From Felis catus (taxonomy: Eukaryota), in contig NC_058368.1 of NCBI RefSeq assembly GCF_018350175.1, positions 72,542,001 through 72,606,000 on the forward strand: a stretch of 64,000 bases of DNA, written 5' to 3'. A program made the position numbers and the translations under genes. Within the stretch, counting starts at the first letter, position 1; each line of letters opens with the position of its first letter. Under the pieces are notes generated by a model. The model had not been told where the DNA came from and ran no database searches. It saw only the letters and a program-made list of their open reading frames with translations. Positions 26,301 through 39,009 of the stretch are shown piece by piece.

Positions 26301-27252
26301 AAGCTCCTGGCTTGGGTTCCCCGGAAACAGATGAAGATGGTGTGTGCCAGGGTTACCAGAAAACACTTCTCATGGCAATAGTGACCTACAATTAATAAAT
26401 TTCAACCAATTTGGGAGGGATTATGACTCAACTATGAATGTCTGATGGGGATGCCGTGCCTTCGTGGGATTTCTGGGAGCTTATGCCCAAGGAATCATTA
26501 GGAGAGGTTTTGGCTCCTCTGGGACATAAGGCTTCCTCTAAGTCAGGGAAGCCTCAGCACCTGTGCAGTATGGATCTCGTCTCTGGGCATCTGGGCTGTG
26601 TTATCCGAAGAGAAGGAAATCCCCACACCACTATATTGAGCTGTCACCCTCATGAATTGCTCAAGGACTGACATGGAGAGGAAAGCCTGGTACCGTCCTG
26701 CTGCCAGGATGGGGTTCCTGACCTGTTTCCTTCCTGGGAGATTGGTGCTGAGTGTCAGCCAAATGCTTAGACGGACCTCCACTGCCCAAGGAGTCTGAGC
26801 AGCATTTACAGAAACCCATGATTAAAGGATGTGAGTGAGAGCGGGGTAGGTTCAAGGATGAATCCCAAGTATGAATCCCAAGTTTCTGATTCGAGTAACT
26901 GGATGGGGGGAAGGAGACAACGCTTTTGTGGCACCAATTGTCTCCATCTCGTTTTAAAACAATGATTTCTTCATGAAGGTCCATGGAGATGGAGAAATTT
27001 GGATGTGTTATGACTTTGTCCCTTTTACCTGACATCATATTCCTTATCTTTGCTTCTTCTGGAACAACTCCTCATCATTTTTCTATTCTTCCATCAGTCT
27101 TCCAAATTATCTCCTTTAGAGAACCTTTCTGAAATTATTCTGGACTTCCTGCATACTGCAATACCTTCATTATTATAACATTGTGACATGTTATTGTAAG
27201 TGTGCTTATGTGTCTTTTCTTCAAATGTGTACACTTCCCATGGGTGTAATGA

Positions 27253-27255
<3 letters not shown>

Positions 27256-27290
<35 letters not shown>
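27256..27290. repeat. (CT)n microsatellite
   Basis: Seen directly. Confidence 0.95.
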
Positions 27291-27294
<4 letters not shown>

Positions 27295-27403
27295 CTCTAA
27301 TTATTGTATCCTCAAGCTTAGGATTAAGATCTCAAAAATTTTTTTTCTTTGAATAAATTAGAAATTAAGAGAACCACAAATAAGGGAGGGAGCGGGGGGC
27401 AGG

Positions 27404-27435
<32 letters not shown>

Positions 27436-28124
27436 CAGAGAGATCTCAGTTTGAAATCAGAGAATTCTTCAAGTTGGAATGAACATCTGACTGGGGCCTT
27501 GAACAGCAAATATTTAGATGTATGAAGCTTGGGTGTGAAGAACATTTTGGGTCTGGGAAAGCTAAGTGAAGGCACAGAGATGAAAAAATATTTGACATGT
27601 GGAAGAAATATACTGTTTCATTTTCTTACATCAGAACTCTTCTCCACTGCTCTTTAATCCATCCTTGGGAAGGATTTTTTTCAAACTACTCATTTATCAT
27701 TTATGGTATAAATTACTTCACTTTGTTTATTTTATTTTGCTCATCTTTAGATGTTAAGACATTATTAAATATTTCACTTTGCTTTTTTTTATTTTTCAAC
27801 CTTTAAAAAAGACTAAAATATAAAGGACAAAATAAAAATCACTCATAAATCCATCCTTCGAAAATGATATCTGGGAATCTTTTGTTGTATTTCTACATTT
27901 TTTTTTGGAGGGATAGAACTTTTCAAAAAATCTTGGTTTATGAATCTTCTGTGGGTATTTTGATATTTTGTCTGGAGAAAGTCCACAATCTATGGTGTGT
28001 GTGCGTGCACTCTGCTGCATTTTTTCAAGGAAAATTTAAGTGAAAGAGGTCACCATTTTCTTGGAAGCTAAGTGAGCAGTGCCACACAGCAAGCTGAATG
28101 TGAACTTCATACTCGACCGACCAG

Positions 28125-28325
28125 GAATTGGATTCTGGCTCCATTTCCTACTAGTTGTAGTAACTTGGACAGGTTATTTTGTCTCTCTGCCTTGGTACAC
28201 TCATGTGTATGGTAAGGATTATAATGCCCACCTATTGGCTTTATGATGAGAAGGGGACATAAAGAATGAAATGTGACTGGTATTACATGCCAGGAAGGCA
28301 TCAATGCACGCCCTGGGTACTAGGT
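28125..28325 (+). mobile_element. MIR
   Basis: ttctggctccatttcctactagttgtagtaacttggacaggtta...ctctctgccttgg. Confidence 0.65.
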
Positions 28326-30174
28326 GGAGAGTGAAAGATTGAAACGTCCGTCTTCAGAACAGGAGAAAACAATATGTCTGTCTTGGCTATCGTAAAGCAT
28401 TAACTACGGAGGTTTTGGAAGGAAGTTGGCATCATTTGAATCAGCAGTCCTGTGCCTCAAAGGAGTGAAGGCTATGTGTTCAAAGCTTTAACTTCCCCAT
28501 GCTGTGGCAGCCAGTGGTTGACAAATATTACTACCATGAGTACGTGAAACTCCTTAACATCATCCTTCTGGTGTGGCTTCAGAGGAGAATGAAGCAGAAT
28601 CACTAATTCAGGTCATTTTCTCAGTGCACTACCAGACACAGACACGGTCTTTCACGGGGAGGAATGAACTAGAACCCTGTGCAGCCATTGTGTCGCCAGA
28701 GAGCAAAGCAGGGACTGCCTGAGTATTTTAGCAAACAAGGAATAAGTAAAATCAAACACAACCGTAAACCTACCTAATCAGCATGCACCTGAGAAATAAT
28801 AACTAACACTGTTTATCCCCTCCTAACAATAACGCTGGAGATGATTAAACCAGTTCTGGTAGGCTGGGGTAAATTAGCAATTGTACCTGAAGGTGAATGT
28901 AAGTAATTACATAATTTTAAGCGGTTCCGTTTTGATTACACCAAAATCACGACCTGAAAATGACTGGCAAGCAGAAAATCAGTATGAAGTAAGACCATTC
29001 TTCATTTAACTAAATTATTGGTTAGTCATGTTCAATGATCATAGACCACATGTGGACCTTCTCAAAACATCTTTATTAACAATAAAAATTGTGTGTGATC
29101 TGTAAATGCATGGATTTTTTTTTAATCAAATAAGTCACTACTGAAAACAAAAACAAAAATGCTGAGTCCAGGGTGATAGTCCCTAAGTATTGCTCACTTT
29201 TTAGTGGATTATGATTTTAGGATTTCATAAACAAAATATATCCACGCGTTGGCTCAGGTGTGTCTAATTGTCTTAGCCGAGCATGAGCTTAATCAGAGAC
29301 CTCCCTCCTGTCCTCCATTTACCCAGGATGAGAATAAGAAATGGACTGCTTATTGCTTTCCTTCTTTGCTCTGTGCTCCTGGAATAAATGCTGCCCATGA
29401 GTCCAGTTGAAGAACAAGAAGGGGTAATGAAGAGCCACCTCTTAATTACATAATCAGTTCACATTTCTCCTGGGAGTTGTTTAGTTCAGAGCTGCAAATT
29501 AGAGAGCATACCGCCGAGAATATGAACGTGGCAACCCCCAGGCGCTGCTGGGTTGCTCACATTGGCAAAGGCCTCCACCCACTGACTCAAGCCAAGCCTT
29601 TCGTAGCTAGGGTCGCAGTGCGATTGCCTCCAGTTTGCATCTTAAGTTACTGCAGAGATAGATAAGGAGGTGACTACCCGAAAGCCATCAATGTCCCACA
29701 CACCTTCTGTATTCACTTCTGCCCTTCCAGTGTGACTTTTATTGTCATGCTCAGAGAAAGCCTCCGGTGTGTCTATCAACTAGGGAAAGAAAAAGGGGAG
29801 AGAGAAAAGGGCAAAGAGCAAAGGACACATACATGCTGGCTGTGTCCCATCTGGTTTTCTTTGGAGGATAGCAGCTATCCTAGAAACTAGGAAGAGATTT
29901 TCTCTTGTATCTCACTTATTAGAGGTAGGTCCTAGGTCAAAAGGAGCCTGGGTAATCAAACATTTTCAGATGGGCATATTATCACCTCCCTGAAAAAAAA
30001 TGAGTGTCCTAATATTAACAAGGGGAAAAGCATATGGGGCAGGCAATATGTAGTATTTGATGCAAAGAGATCCACTCCTGGGTCCATTTCCTAATTGAGA
30101 AACATCATTGCCCTGGTTTAAGGAAATGTATCTCAGAGCCAATGAATTTCACTGAGAACGGTCTTTGTCTAGAG

Positions 30175-30368
30175 CAGCACTGTCCGATAGAATTTTCAAA
30201 GCTAATGGGAATGTTCTGTATCTGTGTCATTCAACACAGGAGCCACTGGCCACATGTGGCTACCAAGCACTTGAAATGTGACTTATGCACCTGTGAAACT
30301 GAATTTTAAATTTTACTTTAATAAACTCAGTCATGTGTGACTAGTGACTACTATACTGGGCGACACAG
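30175..30368. mobile_element. MER3 (hAT-Charlie) DNA transposon
   Basis: cagcactgtccgatagaa...agccactggccacatgtggctac...cttgaaatgtg. Perfect 8-bp TSD gtctagag at 30167-30174 and 30369-30376. Confidence 0.88.
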
Positions 30369-30839
30369 GTCTAGAGCATCGTTGGTGAGAGAAGGGAAGA
30401 GAATAGGAAGAAGAAGCAAGGATGAGGATACCAGATGCAAGGAGGTAAGCATCTGGGAGAGGTGAATGGCTCTCAAAGTGAAAGTCCAATGGAAAATTAC
30501 TCACCTATGTGAAGACTTGAGAAGTCAAGTGGAGGCCAATTTAGTGTACTTCATATGGTTTATTAGGCTGGATCTTTCTAAGGTTCATTCTAGAATGACC
30601 CACTATACATTTATTATACGAAGATAACTTACCACTATGGATTCTGCCACCCGGCAGGCATGTTCTTACTGAAAGGTATGCACGATACTCCAGTACATCT
30701 GCCACCGCTAGGTGTTGCATTCACAGGCCTAAGCGACAGCGTGGTACAGTTGGTCCGGCAAAATCTGACTGAAACTACTATTACGGTCTTTTTTTTTTTA
30801 ACTCTCAGTTTTCAGGAACATTGCACTCAGTAGGCCTCC

Positions 30840-31932
30840 TTTATGGAATACTTTCCTTTGTCATTTTATAAAATCATCTCATTTTCCTCCTTCTTTCCTA
30901 GATGTTCCTACTTGTCTGACTTCACCTCCTCTACCCTAGCCCTAAATATGGGAGTTTCCCAAGATTTATTTCTTCCTAGATGGGTTCATGAACTTTCAGA
31001 GCTTTAAGTGCCATCTACGTTTGGCAGGTCCAGAATGCATAAGCTTAGCCCTAACCTGTCCTCTGAGTACCAGATTTGCGTCATCTGATTACTTGACCTC
31101 TCTACATGATTATCTTCAGAGTATCTCAGACACACAAGATTCAAAGCAGAACAGATTTTCTGCTCCCAACCTCTCCGTCCTGCAGTTTCCACTTCTAACA
31201 AATAGCATCATTGTTTATAATATTTCTCTAGCTAGAAAACTAGTTCTTTCTTTCTCACCCGCCACGTCCAATCCAATAGCGCCTGCCACCAAAGTGGATC
31301 TCTGTCTACCTCTCTCCACCTCTCAGGTGGTCTCCTGACACCACCTCTGTCACCTTTCACTTGGACCACTGCAACATCCTCTCGCTTTCCCCACACTCCG
31401 TGCCTCCCAACACACCTTAATCTCTCCCACACAGCTGCCAAATTGAAATTGCAGATTGTGAGTTATATCATATCACTCTCTCGCACAGCACCCTTTTATG
31501 ATTTCTCATCCCTCTTAGAATTGAAACTTTTTACCAAGAACAAATAATTTCCTATGCTCTCATTCCTGAACATTTCTCCAGCTTTGCTATTTATTCCATT
31601 TTTTCTTACTCAATTTTCTTTGAACACGTTGACCTTTTTTTCACTGCCTGTAACATGCCAAGCTCTTTCTTATTCCAAGAACTTTCCATTAGCTTTCCTA
31701 GAACATTAGCTTTCCTCTCTGGCTTTGTGTCATCCCTTGGGTGTCAGAGAGCTCTTCTCTGACTACTCCAGTTAACAGTGTTCTCACTGTTGAATACAGT
31801 AGTGTCCTTTTTAGTTGTCCCATAGCTCCAATGCATTTGTTTGTTGGCCCTTGTTTTCTACCCTTGTGGACTATAGGAACCATGAGAGTGGAGCTAGTAT
31901 GATGCCTGGTACCCAGTAGTTTCTTGAATGGA
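30840..31932 (+). mobile_element. L2 LINE, degenerate; boundaries approximate
   Basis: CT-rich L2 body ending atgcctggtacccagtag...ttgaatggatg. Confidence 0.6.
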
Positions 31933-32739
31933 TGCCTATGTTATTAAAGCTTATTAAAAATTTTTTTATTGAAAGGTTTTTAAGATTTTTAAGTAAAGAG
32001 AAGCCATGTAAATGGCAAAGCAAAACATTTGAATACCAATGCATTCTGACCATTGTCTGGGCTAGATGCCAACTTAATTTTGCAGAAGGATGTGATGAAT
32101 GGGCTAATAAATGAAAAACAATCTCCTATTTCCTTGAATATAAATTTTACATTAAATTACTTGCTGTGAGGAGCCATTTAGTTATTCTCAGTGATATCCT
32201 AAGTTAAAGGGAAAATGGCTTTCTCTGCAATAGGGATTAAATGATTCCAATTATGTCCAATTGATGGTAATTCCTACTAGCCCAGGATCAGTAAGAAACA
32301 AGAGCATTTGGAAAGTCCATAGCTTGATGTCCCTGGTCCACAGAAGCTCTTTCTCAATTTTTTGTATCCCAGGTTATCTGCCTCCAAAGATGGACGATTT
32401 TTTTTTAACATCTTAAATAGATGTCACTTTAAGCGGACTTTTGTTTTATTGGTGAAGTCAAGATATAATCAATTTAGTAACTATTTTTTGTGTATGTAGC
32501 TCCTAAGGGGCACCAATTCTCTAACTTCACTCCACCTACTGAACACAAAAGTAGAACAGCCATCCAAAAACTGTCCATTGTCCTTCAGTAGCCTATAATC
32601 ATGTCCTGGATTCAGTTTATAGTTCTAAGTTGGGATTTGGGGGTGGAGGTGAGGGAATGAGAAGGAGATTTAAAAAAAAAACATCATTTCAATCTAGAAG
32701 GTCTTTTTGTTTGTTTGTTTGTTTGTTTTTTGAGGATCC

Positions 32740-33700
32740 ACTATGTCTAAGGCAGTGTGCTTGGACTCTGAAGGATTGCAGTGATGAATCAGAAGTGATT
32801 CCTATTCTCAAGGAATTCACAGTCAAGTAATGGGTTTATTTGATACATAACTGGGTATCGCAAAGTGGAAGACACTGTTCCACAATAGAAGCGAAAAATA
32901 AAGTAGTATAGAAATTCAGAGGAGAAGATGAACTTTACTTGGTGACCTTAGAAAAATCTTCACAAAGGTGTAGTCACCTTCCCTGAGCTTTGAAATTTAT
33001 CAGGAGCAGGCTGTGTCAGGTTGGAGGAATGGATTCCCATCTCGACAAATGCAAGAAGTCAGAAAAGCCCAGGAAATGTACAGGGACAATGAGCAGATCA
33101 GTTCAAATGGTGAAGTGCATGAAAGGGGAGAAGAGGAGAGAGAGAGTGAGGTTGGAAAAGTTGGGTGTGTTTCAGGAACCTCAAACATAAGCAAGACTAA
33201 AGTAGGTGACCTTCATCCCACAAGCATTAGGAAGCTGCATGGGGCTGGTTCTCAAGGCTGTATGTGAGTAGAGTCGTGCTGTGGGCAGCAGGGAGCACAA
33301 ATGTTGGAGAGTGACCTGATAGAAGGTACTCTCAAAGGTGGATGATGGTGACATGGTGGACATTTTGGAAGGTAGTTTCAACAGGTTCTGGCAACTCTTT
33401 AGAAGAGGGGAGTAAGAGAGATTCAAATGTGACTCAAAACGTTTCGAACTGGGTAACTGGAAGCAGGGTTGTGCCACTGAAAGCAGTACGCAAAACAGAA
33501 GAGCAGGTGTGGGAAAGAAAATTCCATATGCAAGTCTAGAAGTATCAGTTTGGATACTAGTGGAATACAGAGTAAGAATCACGGGAGTGGCCTTTAGGAG
33601 GAATTTAGAGGCTGGAGATATAGCCCAGTAATTATCACAGTTATCTGACAGCCTGTGATTTATGACTTTTTCAAAAGAGAGATCAGAGAGAGAGAAAAGA
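32740..33700 (-). mobile_element. L2 LINE, degenerate; boundaries approximate
   Basis: ccactatgtctaaggcagtgtgc...ctcaaggaattcacagtc, then an AG-rich antisense L2 body. Confidence 0.55.
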
Positions 33701-33719
33701 AGGTTAAGAATAGACAGTC

Positions 33720-33960
33720 GGGGTGCCTGGGTGGCTCGGTTAAGCATCCGACTCTTGGTTTTGGCTCCAGTCGTGATCTCACAATTTGTCAGTTCAAGCC
33801 CCATGTCGGGCTCTACACTGGTAGCGTGGAGGCTGCTTGGGATACTCTGTCTCCCTCTCCCTCTGCCCTCCTCCACTCACTTTGTCTCTGTGTCTCAAAA
33901 AGTAAATAAATGAAAATAAAAATTTAATTTAATTTAATTTAATAAAATTAAAATAAATAG
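33720..33960 (+). mobile_element. Can-SINE (older)
   Basis: ggggtgcctgggtggctcggttaagc head, (CT)n, AT-rich tail. Confidence 0.9.
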
Positions 33961-35071
33961 AAGAGACAATCAGGGAACACCCACATCAACGTGATTAGGG
34001 GAAAAAGTGGAAAAATGGGCAAAAGAGAAGTGTTGGAAGGAGAAGGGGGCGTCTAATGTCATGAAAACCACTCTAGGAGAGACTTTTTAAGAAGAAAGTG
34101 CCCATGAATGCCAAGCGTATACCTTAAACTGTGTAGCAGTTCAAACTACCTGTCATCACTGCCGTGCTTGATTTGGTATGCCCTGGTACCTAGCAAAATG
34201 CTCCGTTCATAATCAGTAAAATTTTGCCAGACAGTTTTTTGGTGGTTCTGTTTGGAGATCTGGCTGTAAGGTGCTGTGCATATCGGTAAAAGAATAAAGC
34301 ATTGGTTGGAAATAAGAAATTAAAAGGGGACGATGTGACAGTGTAATGGGGGTGTTGGTGACCATTAGACAGACTTCTATGCCGGTGTATGACTGTCATA
34401 AATACGGTGTTGTATACACAGCCAAAGACAAACATCCCCAGAACTGGGAGCCAATGACAAAAACAAGTGGAAAAAGTTCCCAGACAGGAGTCAAAGCCTC
34501 AGGCTGTTTTTAACATCTGTACCATAAATCTACTTACACTAACATCTGTTCTTCTTAGTAAGGGGAGAGGTACACAGAGTAATATGATGGCCGTAAGCCA
34601 TTCCCCTGGAAGTTAACCTTTTGTTTTTTATTAGTAAACAATAGGAAAGCAGTCAATAAATGCAGCAAGCGATGGTGACGTGACCAGCCTTGCAAGCTGG
34701 TCTGGACATCCCTGGTGTGTACAATTAGGAAACGCACCGAGACGTCGTACTGACAAAAATGCAAATGAGGAAGCATTTGGTACCAAGAAAGGTTGATGAA
34801 ACTCCATTTTAAATTGTCTCAAGGTTTCTTTCTTTCTCGGTCCATCTCCTATGCTGCATTCAAATGTAGTATGTTAATCCGGAACTCCGTTGTGGAGTTC
34901 TTTTCAACAATGACATGCCAAATTGAGTCTGTATAAAGGAAAGCACGTTCGCTTGACAGGAAATGAGGTCCTATGGTTTGCATATTTCTTTCTTAAAAAC
35001 TGTGATTCAGCTGGATATTTACCCACCTCTCCCTCTCGCCGCCCCTCCCCCACCCCGCGATTGCTTCGCAG

Positions 35072-35218
35072 GCCACGGCACGTGTTCCTGTGGTCGCTGC
35101 GTGTGTGACAGAGGCTGGTTCGGGACGCTCTGCCAGCACCCGCGGAAGTGTAACATGACGGAGGAACAAAGCAAGAGTTTGTGTGAATCAGCAGATGGCA
35201 TATTGTGCTCGGGGAAGG
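35072..35218 (+). CDS. ITGBL1: ITGBL1 coding exon (exon 9), 147 nt, phase 1-1
   Basis: cttcgcag| ... |gtgagt. Encodes (G)[48 protein letters not shown](G), including an N-M-T glycosylation sequon. Confidence 0.96.
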
Positions 35219-35815
35219 GTGAGTATCTCCTGCCGGAGCTTGGACTGGGTCCCTGTTCTGACACATGGTCTGTACAGCGGCACGTACAACCTTTTACACG
35301 CCTGCGGTTTGCAGGAATGAAAACCACTCTTGCTTGTACCAGACTTCAGACTTGAAAGGTAACCGCAGGAAGTTTGGGATCTAAGAAAATGAAACGCGTG
35401 GGAAGGTTTTCCTGCAAAAAAGGCCTCAGCCGCTTGTATATATCCTCATTGCTGAGTGACACAGAACTAATAATTGCATAAAGAAGAAAAGGCAACAAGA
35501 TACAATGAGCAATGAATGGAGTGAAAAAAAGGCAAAAGGGTAATTGTTGAGTTCACTTGCGACGTAGCACAGCCCAGAACTCGGAAAAGCAATCACAAGT
35601 ACCTGAAATGCCAACAAGCACGACTTTAGGGAACTTCAGAAGCTAGATTAGGTAGATGGGTGTGTGGAGGAGGGGAGGCTTGAGGGTGGGAGAAAGACAC
35701 AAAGAGAAATAAATATTTTGTTTCATGAAAAAAAGGAAAAGAAGCATATATGTATCCCCAAATTCTAGTGTCATTTTCTTTGGCCTAAAAATCATTAATA
35801 TTCCAACCAAACATG

Positions 35816-36000
35816 TATATATGTGTGTGTGTATACATATATATGTATATATATGTATAGTATATATATATGTATAGTATATTTATATGTATAGTATATA
35901 TAATATATATGTGTATATATGTATATACACATGTATATATGTATAGTATATATATATATTTATATATGTGTGTGTGTATATATATATGTATAGTATATAT
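35816..36000. repeat. (TA)n/(TG)n-rich low-complexity repeat with atatatgtatagt units
   Basis: Seen directly. Confidence 0.9.
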
Positions 36001-37218
36001 CAAATTAAGCTTGCATGGAAGTTGTAATTTGCAAGTCAATTGAAAAGGAGCCACCAGCTCAAACATTTATCAGAGAAACAAATTTGAGAAGAGTCTCACC
36101 CATTGCCCCCACCCCACCCACCCCACTGCCCGAGAAAAGCAGAACAGATTTTTTTTCTGAGACAGAATATGAATAAATTACATTTCAGATACCTTGATGT
36201 TGATGTTTCTGTATAAATTCTGGAAAGGACTTTAAAAATCCTCCTCTCATAGTGCATATGGGCCCGTCTAGGAGGCTGTCACGTTCCTCCCTGCCAGTGC
36301 CTAGAAAAACACCAGGAAGGCTCTGGAAGCTTGCCTGATTCTCAGTAATGTTCCGGAGCTGCCCTCTGTGGAACTAGATGGCATGGAGCGGACCAGCTTC
36401 TTCAATGCAGCGGCCTCCTAGCAGAACAGACAGCCCCCTCCCTCTCCTTTTCAGACAAGGCGCTACTGGACATGAAACGCCTACCCTGGGTCTGGATTAG
36501 CACGTAAATATCTTTCTGAAGGAGACAGAGTCAAGCAAAGAGAATGGCTGAATAGGAGGTAGGGGGTTCTGAAGCAGGAGGTGCTGTGGGGCGCCCGTGG
36601 ACAGTGGCTGTTCCTTTACCCATCGCCAAAGGCCAACACTATCAGGTGCAAAGAGGCTTTTTGGCATAACTCCAGAGATAAAATCAGATGGAATGCTGTG
36701 ACCACATGTGGTTCCTGGAGGAAGGCTGAAAATTGGAACAGGCTCAATTTTAATAGCCGTGCTTGCCCTTGGTTCCCAGGAACGCTGTGTTTGAGACCTT
36801 GTGCTTGCCGTGGTCTGCCAAGGAGGCCATGCCTTCAACCTAATGCAGTGACAGCCGTCAGGTGGCAACCCAATGGGTTTAAAGCAACCTCTTTGTTCCC
36901 CGGTTATTCTCTTAACAAATTCATTCTCATTCCAACTCCCTGAGGAATCTAGCACCAGTTTGGCTCTCGGGGGAGGAGGGGTTTTCAGCTCCTGGAAACA
37001 CTTGCTTTAGGTTCGAGCTCTGTTGGGAAAAGCAAAAGTGAGGGAAGGAATGGTGGAGAAGGAGATTGACAAAGAAAACAGGAAAGGAGGTGGGATGGAA
37101 TTAGCCTTCGAGGTTGGAAGCAGGAGGGAAGAAAAGAAACGTTACCAGATCAGAAGGTAGTGTCCTGCATATAACAAAGCAGTGAGAATGATTAACCTGA
37201 GTGAGATTTCTTCTTTCT

Positions 37219-37447
37219 TTTTTTTTAATGTTTATTCATTTTTTTTGAGAGAGAGAAACACACACACACAGAGTGTGAGTGGGGGAGGGGCAGGGAGAGA
37301 AGAAGACAGAGACTCTGAAGCAAGCTCTAGGCTCCAAGCTCTGAGCTGTCAGCACAGAGCCGGACACGGGGCTCAAATTCACAGACAGTGAGATCAGGAC
37401 CTGAGCCGAAATCGGATGCTTAACCAACTGAGCCATCCAGGCGCCCC
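37219..37447 (-). mobile_element. Can-SINE
   Basis: Ends gagccatccaggcgcccc. atttcttctttct is duplicated at 37206-37218 and 37451-37463. Confidence 0.9.
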
Positions 37448-37611
37448 TAAATTTCTTCTTTCTGAGTACAGCTCCAAACACAGAGCCCTAAAGCTTAGAA
37501 TTTTTTAGTTGGTCTTCCATAATGGCATTGTCATTGGAATTCAGATATTAAGTTTTTATAGAAATTGTACAGAATGAGGATGCCCATCTGCATTGAAACA
37601 TTCATATGCTT

Positions 37612-37822
37612 GGGGCACCTGGGGGGCTCAGTCAGTTCAGTGTCTGACTTCAGCTCAGGTCATAATCTCACGGTTTGTGAATTCGAGCCCCGCATCAGGC
37701 TGTGTGCTGACAGCTCAGAGCCTGGAGCCTGCTTCAGATTCTGTGTCTCCCTGTCTCTCTGCCCCTCCCCCACACATGCTCTGTCTCTCTCGCAAAAATA
37801 AACATTAAAAAAATTAAAAAAG
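37612..37822 (+). mobile_element. Can-SINE
   Basis: ggggcacctggggggctcagtc head; imperfect TSD aaacattcatatgctt / aaacattagtatgctt. Confidence 0.9.
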
Positions 37823-39003
37823 AAAACATTAGTATGCTTGTTTATATTTGTTGACTTCAAAAATCAGCCACTTTGTGTGTGTCTGTGTGTGTTTTACTAG
37901 ATACGCTATTGAATCATCAACATTGTCCACGAGCAGGCCTTGGCTAAGTCATATCCAGCTACAGGTACAGGAAGAAAACACAAAGCCAAACACCAGTAGC
38001 AGTCTGTCATTCCTAAACTGCATTTCATACAAAGAGGAGTAGTTTCTTTTGAAGAAATGAACATCCTTTTTAAAGCCATTACTTTCTGAGCAGGGTCTTA
38101 CTTTCCAATATCATAAATGTAGAAAGTGCAAAACAAACAAACAAACAAACAAACAAAAACCGTTGACTAAATATTGACCCAAAGGCATCTTCTCGAACCA
38201 AAACACAACAAAACAATACAAGGAAATCTCTCTGTGCTTGATGCCTTTTCAAATTGTTTGCTTTGGGTGATGGAAATATATCCAGAGATCAATGAAGGGT
38301 TGAAAGTATATTTGTCTAAACTGTTTATCCTTCAGTGAGTGGAGAGGTTTAGAGTCATTAAACTCGAAGGGGAATGTACAAGCTGCCTGGAGGGTGTACT
38401 TTTTGAGGCTGGTGTTAGTGTTGATGGCGGACGTGCGTACTGTAGGCAGCAGCTGACTGTGGGCTTCTTTCTCTCCTCCTGTTCTGGAACCATCAGATTA
38501 TAGAGGAAGGGTTATGGAGGAAGAGGGGTCAAAACCAAGATCATGAAACCGTAGGCACAGAGGAGAGTGGGGCTACAGGAGTTTTTCCTGTCCCCACGAA
38601 GGATGCATCCCATCTCCACCCCAACAACCACAGGAGAATTAGTGCAGGAGATAGACTAACATAACAGCCTTCTAACGTGGTGGCAAAAATGAGAAGGCTG
38701 TTCCAAGGTACTTGACTGGGGCCATGTATTTCTCAATCTCATGGACTTACCAGAAGTGTATGTACTTTTTCTCAAATTTGTTAATGAAACCCCCTCACCC
38801 TGATTATCACAGAGGAAATTGGAGCCTTTCTTTTCGTCCACTTATGATGGGACAGAGGCACGGGGTAAGCCTGAGGTCACAAGGCTGCCAGCTCACAGCC
38901 CAGAGCCAGCCGGGTGTGTCCACCAGAAAGACAAGTCCAGAACGTGCGCTTCCCGTGAGCTGTGAATAAAGTTGTCACCCCCGGAGACGATGAAGAAATA
39001 GCG

Positions 39004-39009
39004 TTTATT
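39004..39009 (-). terminator. Candidate distal FGF14 polyadenylation signal
   Basis: Minus strand reads ATTTGTAAAGAAATAAACGCTATTTCTTC: UGUA then AATAAA, with TTTATT about 35 nt downstream. Confidence 0.45.

Noticed and set aside
33181..33876. 231-aa minus-strand ORF
   Set aside because: Begins in an antisense Can-SINE and runs through degenerate L2; no domain or splice support.
36497..36955. Overlapping 152-aa (-) and 120-aa (+) ORFs in ITGBL1 intron 9
   Set aside because: No recognisable homology or exon structure; expected by chance in GC-richer sequence.
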